From Octopus bimaculoides (Eukaryota), in the NCBI RefSeq assembly GCF_001194135.2, contig NC_069000.1, positions 8,345,880 to 8,409,879 of the forward strand: a stretch of DNA of 64,000 nt, read 5' to 3'. This document shows, piece by piece, positions 1-13,400 of this stretch (positions are counted from its first letter, which is position 1; every line of letters starts with the position of its first letter). The notes below the pieces were generated by a model. It had not been told where the DNA came from, searched no databases, and worked only from the letters and a program-made list of their open reading frames with translations. A program made the translations under genes and the position numbers.

Positions 1-1700
1 GGGATTAGATAGAACAGAAAGTTGACTACTTTTTAAAACTTAACATCTTCTAAAGCAACAACAACAACAACAACAAATAAATAACATTTAAAAGGCAAAA
101 CATTTCAAATGAAAGAAATCAAAAGTAAAACAATGGCAAAAAAAAATAAAACAATGGCAAAACAAAAAGCAAAAACAAAGAACTTGGAGATTCCTGCAAC
201 TCTTTCAGTTCCTTCTTTAGTTGTCTTTGTTTCTTTTTGTTTTTTATATTATCGATGGAATTCTATTTCCAGTCAGATGTCTTTTCTAACATCAATTGAT
301 ACTCAAATGTGAAGTTTATATCAAACAACATTTTCACCATGTTATTTTTGCTTTCCACCAAATATCAATGGCATCCCTCTTATCCAACCCTCATTCAACT
401 TCCATCAAACACCCACTGGCTTCTGACACTGGGGCAACAATCTTCACAAACCTTCACCCAACATATCAGACAACTTGTCGCCTAAATTAAAACCATTTCC
501 CCATACACGTCCACCTTGGCAACAATCATCAATGATCATCAATGTCCCAGTTGATTTTCTTTTTATCAAAACTCGTTCAATTGCCACAGTCATAACATAT
601 CTTTATCGTACTATTTTAAGATCATCATAGTCCAGATCAATGAATGTTCTGCAGATTAACAAATATTGGCAAGCTTATTATTTCCTCTGGAGATAATTGT
701 ATAACACAAACAGTTTAGCTTGATTAATCTCTTTAGTGAACTGTCTCAACTATGACATAAATGATTAATTCTCCTGAAGATGGAGAAAAAAAAATAAAGC
801 TACGGTCAAGAATTTGCTCATTTTAAGTAGCTGGAAGAGATACATCAACATGTCCGAATATGGATGTTAACTTGAGTTTTCATATGTGGGTCCTGATTGG
901 CAATTACATCAATGAGTTGCTTATAATTAATGACCAATCAATAACCAATCAGAAATTATTAATTATCATACCTGAATCCTAACAGTCTCCTCTCAAAGCT
1001 AATAACCATTCTCTATTCTTTCTCCTGTCTGGCTCTTCTACTCTATCAAATCTTCTTCAGAACTAACTGGCTGTGGCCCCCTTCACCTTATCCCTACTAG
1101 AACTCCTATGTACTGCTACTGCAAAACATTTACCTTAAATATCCCTATCTTGAATTAACTACACTTGTCTCACCTACCCTATTGTTTTAATCTTTCTTTG
1201 TAATAGCTACAAATGAACATGGTTCTTTGTCTGTTTTGTCCACACCTTATACATACGGGATTTCCCGATGCCTCCCACTACACAAATGAGCAGGTGTTAC
1301 AAAAATATCACAATAACCATCAAATAAAATTCAATAGCAAAAACAAAAGAACATCAAAAATAAAAAAAAATTAAAAATTAAAAACAAATAAGTGAACAAA
1401 GAAAACAACAAAAAAAAAGCTGTAATATAAAACAAAGCATTCATTATCATCATTGAATGTTAATAATTCTGATTAGTATTCTTTCTACTTTAGGAACAAG
1501 GCCTGAAATTCTAGGGAAGGGAACAAGTCAATTTTATTAACCCCAATGCTCAACTGGTATTTATTTTTATTGACCCCAAAAGGATGAAAGACAAAGCCAA
1601 CCTCTGCAGAATTTGAACTCAGAATGTTGCTAAGTATTTTGTCCAGTGGATTAACGATTCTGCCAGTTAATGTTATACAAGAACATTATCGTTTAAACCA

Positions 1701-1923
1701 AAGGCAGCAAGCTGGGCCACAGAATTGTTAGCACCGAGCAGAATGCTTAGCACCATTTCATCTGTCTTTATGTTTTGAGTTCAAATTCTGCTGAGGTTGA
1801 CTTTGCCTTTCATCCTTTCAGGGTTGATAAATTAAGTACCAGTGAAACACTGGGGGTTGATGTAATCAACTTAACCCTTCCCCAAAATTTTCAGGCCTTG
1901 TGCCAATAGTAGAAAGGATTATT
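1701..1923 (+). mobile_element. SINE family A copy
   Basis: gagttcaaatt B-box-like motif and (att)n tail. Homologues at about 1477-1667 (-), 7540-7720 (-), 18690-18850 (-), 31290-31520 (-), 35340-35540 (+), 38710-38945 (-), 38980-39190 (-) and 44935-45160 (+). Confidence 0.7.
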
Positions 1924-2439
1924 TTTTAAACCAGATAAACAAATTGACGTGCTTTCCTTCACTAAATACACAGTACACTATCAGCAGTGGGATATGAAAC
2001 AAGAGCGAAGAAGTGGTTAAACTTGACCATTGCATCCTACAATAACAATCTTCTGATTTGGGCAGATTAACAAATTTGTAAAAGGGAGGCAACTTATAAC
2101 TGTAAAACAGACTTCACTATATTACTGGTACAAACCTTACGGATTTGAACACATTTGTACTGGCCGACAAGGTCATTCTAATTAAGCATGAAGTAGCTTA
2201 ATGAAACAGAAACACAATATTGATTACAAGAAGGAAGCAGAATGACAGATAAAAAGGATGTAGACAAGAAAAGAAGGACATGGATTAGATAACAACATGT
2301 GGACAGTAGAAAGGATTTGATTAGGAGACAACCTGTGGATAATAAGATGGGGAGGAGAGTAACACAGTAAAAGAAAAACGAAACAATATGTAGACAAAAA
2401 GGACAATGAATATGAAAATAAAAGATAGACATTACATAC

Positions 2440-2647
2440 CCATAGCCAGTAATTAAAGAGAAAGTGGCTGGGGCTATACGGTCATTGAAAGTGACCAATA
2501 TCAAACGGCTAGCGTTACTCTTCGAGTTCGGTTTCCAGATGTTTAAGTCAGTTTCTTCAGAAACATACCACCAGTCTACTCGACCACTGCTTTTGCTTAT
2601 ATTTCCAGACCGGAAACCCAAATATATGTCAGGTTCTTCTTTTTCTT
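2440..2647 (-). CDS. PIEZO: PIEZO exon [68 protein letters not shown](G) (end of cap)
   Basis: WW.V.E and FNDRIAP..FS...GYG motifs; gtatgt donor; next exon lies beyond base 1. Confidence 0.95.
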
Positions 2648-5600
2648 CTGCAATAAAAACAAAAATTTCTAGTACCAGAAAGTAATTACTGTAATCACCA
2701 ATATCTTGAGCTGCTTATACCAACTGCAAATTCCCCTGAAAATCTTCAAACTAAGAGGAATTATAACGATTCTAGATCCTAAAAGAAACAGCACCACACA
2801 AACTAATCACCTTCTTATGCACACTTGCAAGAATTTTAAATATCATCAGCCTACAAATCCCACTTTACAACATTGGTTCAACCCTCTACATTTAACACCA
2901 CATCCATTGGAGGGCGCATGGCTCAGTGGTCAGAGCATTGGGCTCACAATCATGAGGTAGTGACTTTGATTTCTGGACCAAGTTGTGTTTTTGAGCAAGG
3001 CACTTTATTTCACGTTGCTCCAGTTTGCTCAGCTGACAAAAAAGGAGTAATCCTGTGATGGACTGGCATCCAATCCAGGAGGAACATATACAACACAGAA
3101 TTAAGGAAATTGACATTATGAGTTTATGGTTTGGGAAGGACCTTTGAGCCTTGTGTGTATGTGTGTGCGTGCGCGTGCGTGTGTGTGATTGTTTCTTGGC
3201 TACCAGAAGGTTAGCCCAGCAGCAGTAACTTTGATAGTAACAGTTATTTAAAATTTAAATTGTATACACATATTTCAACTTGTATAAATTAGTAAATCCA
3301 ACACAAGTGTACAATAGCAAAGTTATAACTTACTCATCAAGGGATGTACAACCGAAACAATACCATTGTTCTGCAACCTCATAAACGGGTAGAACAGTTT
3401 TGGTATGGCGCTGAAATTAGAGAAAAAATAAAAAGACATATTTCTAAAGGTAATCACTTCATAAAAGTTTCTTTCCTTTTTATATATTTTGTACAGGTTA
3501 TCTGGGTCATTATTTTCTCTTTAACCTTGTTGGAGTGGAATGAACTAGACCAGTGGTTCCTAAAGTGGGTGGTGCTGCTCCCCTGGCGGGCAGTGGAAAA
3601 ATCCAGTAGGGCATTGACGAAAAGTGGGGGTAATAATGGGGTGGCCAATGGATGTAAAAACAAACAAAATAATGGGTTAATTAGGTTAAGTTTTATTTCT
3701 GAAATACAGCTGTTTTGAATTTGCTGCAGAAAGTGGTCTGTGTTTGTGGTGGTGGTTAGTAAGGGACGGTGTTAGGAATGCGGCCTGGGTACCAAGGGGG
3801 TGGCAGTCCAAAAACGTTTGGGAACCTCTGGACTAGGCTTGCCCAAAGTCTAGAAGAACAACACTCAGTTATGGAAGATGATCACACATGTGATTGGGGC
3901 CATCATTAAAAAATGGATTGAAGGGCCACGTATTCAAGTTTTACAATAAGCTGTATAAGTAAAAAAAAAAAAATAAAAAAATAATAAAAAGAGCAGCCAT
4001 TGTAGTTAGAATTTCTGGGAACATGGTTAGCTACTTCCTGACCTGGTGGGATACAAAACTTGGACAATCACTAGGAGAGGAAAAATCTATAATGGTGAAA
4101 TTATTCAGTAGGTGTGTACTAAACTGTAAGACTTTAAAATGTGTGGTTGCAATTTTAGAAGCAGAGATTATTAAGGAAGATTTTCACTACAACCTTGTGT
4201 GGATATGTGCAAGCTTTTTAATCCTCATTAATCCATGATATTTTTTGACTGAAGAGCTTTCCTTAAGCTTTCAGTCCACTTCAGAGAGGGAAAATATAGC
4301 TTCTGCTTAAAGCATAGGATTTTAAAATTTAGTCACTGTTTTAATTGCTTCTTTCTGTTGCCAAATTGTCATCAAAAAGTTCCAAATAGTGTAGCAGATT
4401 ATAACACCTAATTCACTTGTTGTCTGATTACTATTGCCTATAAATCTCGCCAGGAAAATAATAACTCATGTGGGCTGTTATTTCAACCAGAAGTGATTAC
4501 CAGCAAGTTTTCATTGTTTTATTGTTACTTTGCACAAAAGTCATCTGCTCGTTTTGACAAAAACTAAATACTGAAATTTAAAATTCAGTCCGACTCTGAA
4601 GGATCTCATCCAAAATGACATTGACATGGAGATGCTTCATGTTAGAGTAAGACTTGCTCACGAATCACTAAGCTCATCAAATCCAGGCTGCTTGCTATGA
4701 TAATAAGAAATATCTGACAAACTGTCTGTCTTTGTGAGATTCCATTAATGTGAAATTTCTAAGCTGACTGACAAGCTTAAAGATTTATTAAACATTCATC
4801 TTATGTCTTCTTGTAAGGAAGGAAATCCCATTTAAAGATTTTTATTCACAAAGCTTGTCAGTTGGCAGCAACCAACACCACCACCACCACCATCATCAAC
4901 AGTATCAGTTGCAGTGGTGGTGGCATCAGTCACCATCATCATCATCATCGTCATCGTCGTCATCACTACCCTTCTCTTCTGTCACTGAATGAATTTAAAT
5001 ACAGCTTTCTTTATCTGTTTGTTTGTTTTCATCTTTCTTTCTCTTCTACGCTTCCTTCCACTTTTACTTGTAAATGTGAAAGTCTGGCAATGCATCTTTA
5101 TGAAGCCACTACTGACACCCTATACAGGAGCTTCCAAGGTTTTACACAAGACTGCCAAATATTTCACCTCCAAAACACACAGTAAATGAATGAGAAACTG
5201 TTAGCATTACAAGACTGAAGGAAAGATATTTACGCATGATGTCACCAGGTCCTGCATTACATCCTGTCCTCACCACATAGGTACCTCAATGAATCACTTG
5301 TCCATATCTTTCCATAATTCCTTCCTGAGTCACATAGATTCACAGGGCCAGTTTCCTGGATTCTCAGGTATAGACACTCCCCCTTGGAGAAGATACTATT
5401 TTGTTGCAGGAATGCTCATTTGGAATTAGATTTCTGTTATGCTAAGCATGTTACTATATCACCATTGTGGAAGAAGACTGATTTCAACATAATATTCATG
5501 GATGCTCAACAGATTCAGTGTAAATAGCATCCAGGATTACAGTTCATACTTCTTAATGTCAAAACAGAGCTTGTATATAAATTTTTACCACTTGAACTAG

Positions 5601-7424
5601 ACACAGATGATACCCTCAAAAAGAAAAAAAAAAATGGGACGGTCATAGCTTCAAAGTCTTTGGTTATAATAGGTCTGCCTGGTGAGCACTGACCTGGGGC
5701 TGAACATCACTACGAACCGTAAACAATGCTATACATTATCCAACATGCATCTATTCATTATACAAAGATTTATGCATATGAAAAACATACAAAATAAAAA
5801 AAAAATAAACACATTTGGTCAGACAATGAATTAATTAAGACTACTTACACCAGTTGACTTGAATTTCCACCACTGATGATTTGAGCAAGTTTGCTTGCGG
5901 TGTCATTGGTGAGCGTGACTTGAAACTGCTTAGAGAAGGTGCCTGGAGACTGAGGTGATCTCTTACCTCTGAAGAGAGAAAAGGGTGGAACAATCCTTTT
6001 AGTTAGTATAACAATCATCCTATAACAGATTACAGAATAACCTCCCATCAAACATGTACATGGACTCGGGAGGCTTGGATTTCTAACGAAGCAGACGATG
6101 ACTTAACTCTGATGATACACTGTCATCATGTTTCTTAAGTAAAACTGGGACCCACTTTATCAATCTTGTCCTCCCCAAAACAATTAAAAACATACATTAT
6201 ATGGTTCTATAGAGCTATTGGCAACATGACCATCCCCAAATACAACAATAAAAAAACAATTGTTATATTTCAGGATGGTCATTTTTTTGTTTTTTTGCCA
6301 AATAAACACATGCACTATATATTCCATTCTTCATTCGTTTATATTACTGTTCTTATTTTATCTTATGTCCATTGTCTGGAAATCTTTCGTCACACATATG
6401 TGACCTTTTCAGTAACCCCTTAAAATAAGAACAGTAATAAACGAGTGAAGTATGTAAATATAGTGAGTGTGTTTATTTGACAGAAAGAAAAACAAAAAAA
6501 AAAAATGACCATTCTGAAATATAACAATATCTGTTTTCAACACAAGGTTTCACATCAGGAATCTTGCAACACAAATTTGTAAACGTAAAAAAAAATCATG
6601 AAAAAAGCACTTACCTTGTAAACGAGACATCAAGATCCATGTCCATATGTTTGGCATCCATGAGGTCACGAATGAGTTTCTTCTGACTTGGTGGACTTAT
6701 CCCCCACACAGATGTTGATTCGCCATTGATAGTGATTACTGTAATATCTTGTGGGTCATAGCTGGTTAGAAAACTGCTGGCCCTCTGTTTCGGAAGTATG
6801 TATGTATGTATAGATATAATTATTATATATGTAAAGAGTTAGCATGAATGTAAGACAGAGAGAAGAACAGAGACAACAGAAAGCAAAATAGGGATACTTT
6901 CAATTGGAAAAAAAGGAAGGATTCTGAATATTAGCATAAATCTTGAAACTAAAACATCTTACTAGCAATACGTGAACAAGATGAAAGCCCTCAAATCAAT
7001 ATATTAACCCTTTCAAAAGTTGAAAGTTGTTGGTAGTGTTTTATCTTTTACTTGTTCCAGTCAGACTGTGGCCATGCTGGGGCACTACCTTGAAGGGTTC
7101 GGTTGAACAAATTGATAACTCATAACTTACTTATTTTCTAAATCTGGTACCTATTCTATCAGTCTCTCTTGCTGAGCTGCTAATTGAACAATGCAACCAT
7201 TACATCAATTTAAATGCAGTGCTATCTTCAGCTGCCCTGCATTTAAACTGATGTAAGGATTGCATTGTTCAATTAAATGGATCTGCTTGATGGTCGTACT
7301 GCACCATCACTGGATACCCTGTTGCTTATTTTGATTTTATTCACCTTATTTTGAGTTGTACAGATAATACCACACTAATTTTTGGTGCTTCAACTTACGT
7401 ACCAAATTCCACTGAATCTCAGTT

Positions 7425-7469
<45 letters not shown>

Positions 7470-10400
7470 CACATGTGTGTGTTTGTGTTTGTCCTCCACA
7501 CCACCTCTTGACAATTGGTCTTGGTTTGTTTATGACCCTGTTAGAATTTGTGGGGAGGGAAATAGTCAATCACATTGACTCCAGTACTTGACTGGTACTT
7601 ATTTTATCGACCCTGAAAGGATGAAAGACAAAGTCAACCTTGGTGGAACATGAACTCAAAACACAAAGACAGACAAAATACCACTAAGCATTTCACCTGG
7701 CAAGCTAACGATTCAGTCAGTTTGCCACCTTAACAATGAAAATAATAATAATAATAAAAATAACCACCATAGGACTGCAAAAATACCTACTCCAGAAGCA
7801 AGGGAAACTAATACAAATAGCCACAAAACACGAGCAAAACAAAAAACTGTTTTCAGTATTTAAGGAAGCTGACAAATACAAACAAGAAATCAATCTACCT
7901 AACAAATACGAAGAAGAAGAAGAAGAAACAACAAAAGCTATAAAACAAATGAAATCCTAACTAAAACTAGAACAGCAACGGACCATGATAAAACGATGGC
8001 AAGAAAAGCCCCTACATGGTAAATACTGGGCTAAACTAAATGCGAAAGAAATAGACNNNNNNNNNNNNNNNNNNNNNNNNNNNNNNNNNNNNNNNNNNNN
8101 NNNNNNNNNNNNNNNNNNNNNNNNNNNNNNNNNNNNNNNNNNNNNNNNNNNNNNNNNNNNNNNNNNNNNNNNNNNNNNNNNNNNNNNNNNNNNNNNNNNN
8201 NNNNNNNNNNNNNNNNNNNNNNNNNNNNNNNNNNNNNNNNNNNNNNNNNNNNNNNNNNNNNNNNNNNNNNNNNNNNNNNNNNNNNNNNNNNNNNNNNNNN
8301 NNNNNNNNNNNNNNNNNNNNNNNNNNNNNNNNNNNNNNNNNNNNNNNNNNNNNNNNNNNNNNNNNNNNNNNNNNNNNNNNNNNNNNNNNNNNNNNNNNNN
8401 NNNNNNNNNNNNNNNNNNNNNNNNNNNNNNNNNNNNNNNNNNNNNNNNNNNNNNNNNNNNNNNNNNNNNNNNNNNNNNNNNNNNNNNNNNNNNNNNNNNN
8501 NNNNNNNNNNNNNNNNNNNNNNNNNNNNNNNNNNNNNNNNNNNNNNNNNNNNNNNNNNNNNNNNNNNNNNNNNNNNNNNNNNNNNNNNNNNNNNNNNNNN
8601 NNNNNNNNNNNNNNNNNNNNNNNNNNNNNNNNNNNNNNNNNNNNNNNNNNAGAAACAATTCCTATCATAGTAGGTGCCTTAGGTATAATAAAAAAATATT
8701 CAGACAAATACATAACAAAAACACCAGGACTTACAAATATATATAACATACAGAAAATTGCACTACTGGGTACTGCACACATTCTACGCAAAACACTTTC
8801 AATACAGTAAACATAAGAGCACCACAGCAAACCACAGCACATACCCAAGGCGCACAGAGCTGCGCTCGGTAGTGAAGTGAAAGCACGTTATAAAAATAAA
8901 ACTACTGAATAATAATAATAATAATAATAATAATGGTAAAGAGCAATTGTGAATTAAAAAGCTGTATTAAGGACAAAATTGTCGCACATTGACTTACAGG
9001 AGTCGTATCGTAGAATTTGTGTAGAAGCTTGTATTGTGATTCATCTAATGCGAAAATGTCTGCTTGTTGTACCGTCATTTTGAACAGGGGCTGGAAAAAA
9101 AAAACAAGAAAAGTAAACATCCTGACTTACATTGTTCAGTTTTACAGATTCATGCAATATTCTTATTTTTCACATTTTACATTCCCACATTTATATACGA
9201 TATCTCTGTATTTCAACATCTGTCAAAATACTCCTATAAAGCCTACAGTATACCCATACAGTATACCAATCCTTCATATGGGAAATGATAACATTTATTT
9301 CATCAACTAATAAAATTGTGAAGAGGAGGCACAAAAGCTCCATACTTCTTTGAAATTTAGTATCCATTAACCATTGATATCAATTTAACATCCAGTTCTA
9401 CACTGCAGATTAATTTAATCTAACTCTTTAGTGTTCAAACTGGCTATATCCGGCCAAAATATTCTACCTGTTTTATATTCAAACTGGTCTGATCTGGCCT
9501 CTCACACCAACCCTACAATATCATTCTGAAAATTAACAGTTACTTCATCAAAATCTCTAAGCAATGTGAATAAAAAAGCATTACATTTGAAAAAGTAATG
9601 TGAATGCTAAAAGGCTTTTTTGAAAATATGCTAAATATCTGAAAAGAATTAGATTTAAAATTCATTAACAATATTAATTATACTTAGCCATGATAATTTA
9701 GAGAGAAAAGGCCTAAAAGATATTGAAAGGAAAAGTACACTTACTTGATAACCACCCAGGGAAATCCTGACGGTACATGTTTTGGGAGGATTTACTTCAT
9801 AAACAGTGTTAGCAAAGGAAAATAGCACCAAGGGGAACCAGATGATGAAAATGATTAATAGTAGCAGCAGACCTCCTACTCCATATTTGATAGTTGACTT
9901 TCTCTTAAGAGCTCGAGGGGTAGGGTATGTCTGTAAGATAATAAACATTGTGATATATAACAATTATTTCAAAGGGTTTATCAACAAAAGTAACAGACAT
10001 TTCAACGTTAAGTCTTCGTAGTACAACAATGTACTAGTCTTCAATGTTAAGTCTTCCTATAATTACTAGTACAACAATATCAACAACTCCAATCTATAGC
10101 GATCAACATCAATTGCAACAACAGCTACAAAACTGAGGTAATGTTAAAGATTATCATATTCATTTACATAGTATAGCAATAAAGGAACTGAGCCACCAAC
10201 ATCCTCGTTATATGTAGAGTGTTGGCACTGGAAATTTAAAATAATGAACATGATGATGATGAATCAAATTAAAAATTTTTTTTTTTTAAACTTGACTGAT
10301 TTTAACACAAAAATTAAATTTTAAAATAAATCATAATAACAGTCTTTTTTATAAGCTAAGAAAAACATGAACAAGACAAAAAAACTTACAGCTTCAGCAT

Positions 10401-13400
10401 GCCGCCAACATTTCAGAACGAATATATTGGCATAGATATCTTCCATCTGTAACCAACTGCCCAATGCCAAAGTGGTGTCTGTCCACATCCAGTCCATGAG
10501 AGCACGAAGTTCCAAAAGGAATGGAATGACGAGAAACCTGAAACAATGAACAGCGTTGGTGGAGGCAGTAAGAAACCGGACAATGTCTCTGATACTTCTT
10601 TTACAACATTTTTACCACATCAGAATTGGTGAGATGTCTCCTATTTTTTCTATGTTGAAACAACTGTTTTCTCTTGCGATCACTAACCATCCCTCTCCAT
10701 ATTGAATATGGCTATTAGTCACACTGCCACTTCTCTGAATAGGTAACGTTCCTTCCCCCAGCAGTAGAAATGACAAGCTAAAAACTACTGGAAATTCTAG
10801 CAAATTCTTAGTCTAAATGTTTCCTGAATTGTATTTTCTGTAATCCGCCTCAGTCCAATTCTATATAATGTACAAGATATCAATGGTGGTAAACAGTAAG
10901 AAAGAGTAATCTACCTTGTTATTGATTTGAAGAAATTTATCGTCAGTTTTGGTCTAAATATGGGAGCAAATATTTTCTAGATGGTAAACCACAGAATTAT
11001 ACACATAATGGCACCTCACGGTTCAGATATGTCAACACCGATCATTCAGTCTATGTTAAATTAAGGGTCGAGACAAGATGTAGCAGAAAAGAATAGAGGA
11101 AAGCTCTTAAAGTGCTTACCCTTTAAACAGGAACAAGTTGAGGTATGAATAGTTTTTAGTTAAGAAGTTTCCAAGAATCCTGGTTGGATAACCTGAACGA
11201 ATCTGATGTGCAGACAGAGCAAAATAGATGCATTTCACAAAGTACCACAACATTGCTGGAACGTTTTTGATAAACATTCTGAAAACACAATAAATCAAAA
11301 CAAGAAAAACAACATTAGAAGACTATATGCGATGGGAATTGCGTAGAAAGAGGGAGAATGTAAAAATGGAAGAAGAGAATAAAGAGAAACATGAAAGAGA
11401 AAAGAGAGCTAGAGAGACAAAGATATGGGTTTCTGTGTTTATCCTTGCTTATGGTCTTGCATGTTGGGTAAGGACTGAAAGATTACTGTCACAGGTACAA
11501 ACATCTGAAACGGGGTTCCTCTAAAGCGGTACACCAGATGACATCTCATCGGGTGAAGAATGCTGTCCTAGAACAGGAACAATTGCAGAGAGTCATCCTA
11601 ACCAACAGAGTGACAGTTACTCCCAGGACCAGAAGGTGGAGAAGATGGAGTACTGGAGAGTGTAAAAATAGAGAAAGGAGACAATAAAGGTAAATGTGAA
11701 ATAGAAAAGAACAATAAAAAGAAAGAATGAAGTCAGCTCACCTGTTTGTAATTGCTGGTAGGATGAAGAAGAGCCAGATATGAACAATAATGACAAGGGA
11801 GACTTGGAAAATGAATTTCCCATGGACACATTTACGAAGAAACAGAGCACGGTCAATGATGATGAACATAAATTGGACAACCAACATCACAAGAAATGGA
11901 ATTGGAACCTGGAAAGAGAGAAATTTGAGGTTTGTTAGTAACTGCTCAATTTCCAAATTACTTGACTGGAGGATATAGAGAAATTGTAATGAAGTAAGAA
12001 GAGGCCGGCATGCATGGGCGACTGCTGGTCTTCCATAAACAATCTTGCCCGGACTTGTGCCTGGGAGGGTAACTTTCTAGGTGCAATCCCATGGTCAGTC
12101 ATGACCGAAGGGGGGTCTCAGCACACATGTTCTACTATTTATGTGATAGTAGTTGGCTGGAATGGTCAATATTATAACTAGTTTAGAAACTATTTAAGTA
12201 ATTCACAACTCATCCATCTCAGCAACGTTTAACAGAGAAATGGTGGCGGCATCTCTACCAGTATATTGAATGTTAGGAAAATATTGGACCTTACTGAAAA
12301 GATGAACAATACTTGAACCAGAGGCTGGAATAAATAATGGTTAGGAATCAATATAACATAAGGTTAATTGAAGACTTACTCGGTTTTCTTCAAGATATGT
12401 TGTAACACTTCCTTCACCAGATTGCTGCCAAATTGAAAGAATACCAATATCAGCCATAGAATAAAACAGTAATTCAATAGAATATGGCTATCAATAGCAA
12501 AACATTTAATTCTATATTTCTGAGATGAAATATTTATATTATGTATACTGTTTATATTAGTTGGACTGATGTCCTCATCTTCATTGCTGCTTTCAATACA
12601 TTTTTCGGTTATTGTACGCTTTGGCCTTTTCCGAGTGTCTTGTATTGAACTTGGTTGCTGCAGTGGAATTTTGAACCAATACAAGAGCCAAGTGCAACAC
12701 AAGACACCTGAAGAAGACAGAAGCATGCACAACAGCTGAAACACAAGAAAAATCAACAATCAAGATGAGGACACCAGTCTGATTAATACAAACAGTTGAC
12801 ATAACAAAAAAATATACCTGGTGTAATGTAACATAAAACACATACATTGATAAAATCAGTTACACATAGGCCCCATGGTGGGCACAAGCAGTAGAGTGTT
12901 AAGGATTGAACATAAGTTACAGAATAATCTCCCTTGCAACAAGCATAGTTACCTCTCTTGGAAATATTCACAATAGCAACATGGCATTCACCGTTTGTTT
13001 TCTTAGCATCAGGCACCGTAAATATTTCCCACCCACTCAGTGGTTTATGCTTTAAAATCGTAAATACATCTCATATAAGATCCGGCAATAACAAATTGTC
13101 TGATATCATTGCTGAGATATCCACAGTTGTCACCTAAAATCTCACTAAACTCTAGTTTTAGTTTTAACTAATTTTAATAAACTTCAAGTCAAGTATTTAG
13201 CCCATTTTAATCAACTTTATTTCGTAAACAAATCTGAGACATTGAGCACACACTACAAATTATTATCATCCATAATAAAGGCAATGATGGTAGTGGTAGT
13301 GGTAGTGGTGGTGGGGGGTGTAGGGGTCATCTTCCATACATCTCTGACGGTCTGGGGAAAGGCATGAACATCACTATTTTAGGCTTTATCTTTTATCCTT

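Noticed and set aside
1-2439. Final PIEZO exon(s) encoding the inner helix and C-terminal domain
   Set aside because: I found no GLY..VL or EELP/KLIFLYRSP-like frame on the minus strand; these exons presumably lie beyond base 1.
7957-8848. Long ORFs spanning N runs (also near 13635, 17242, 26072, 33037, 43582, 45980 and 62892)
   Set aside because: These are gap artefacts. The PIEZO frame is continuous without needing exons in the gaps, though optional exons could be hidden there.
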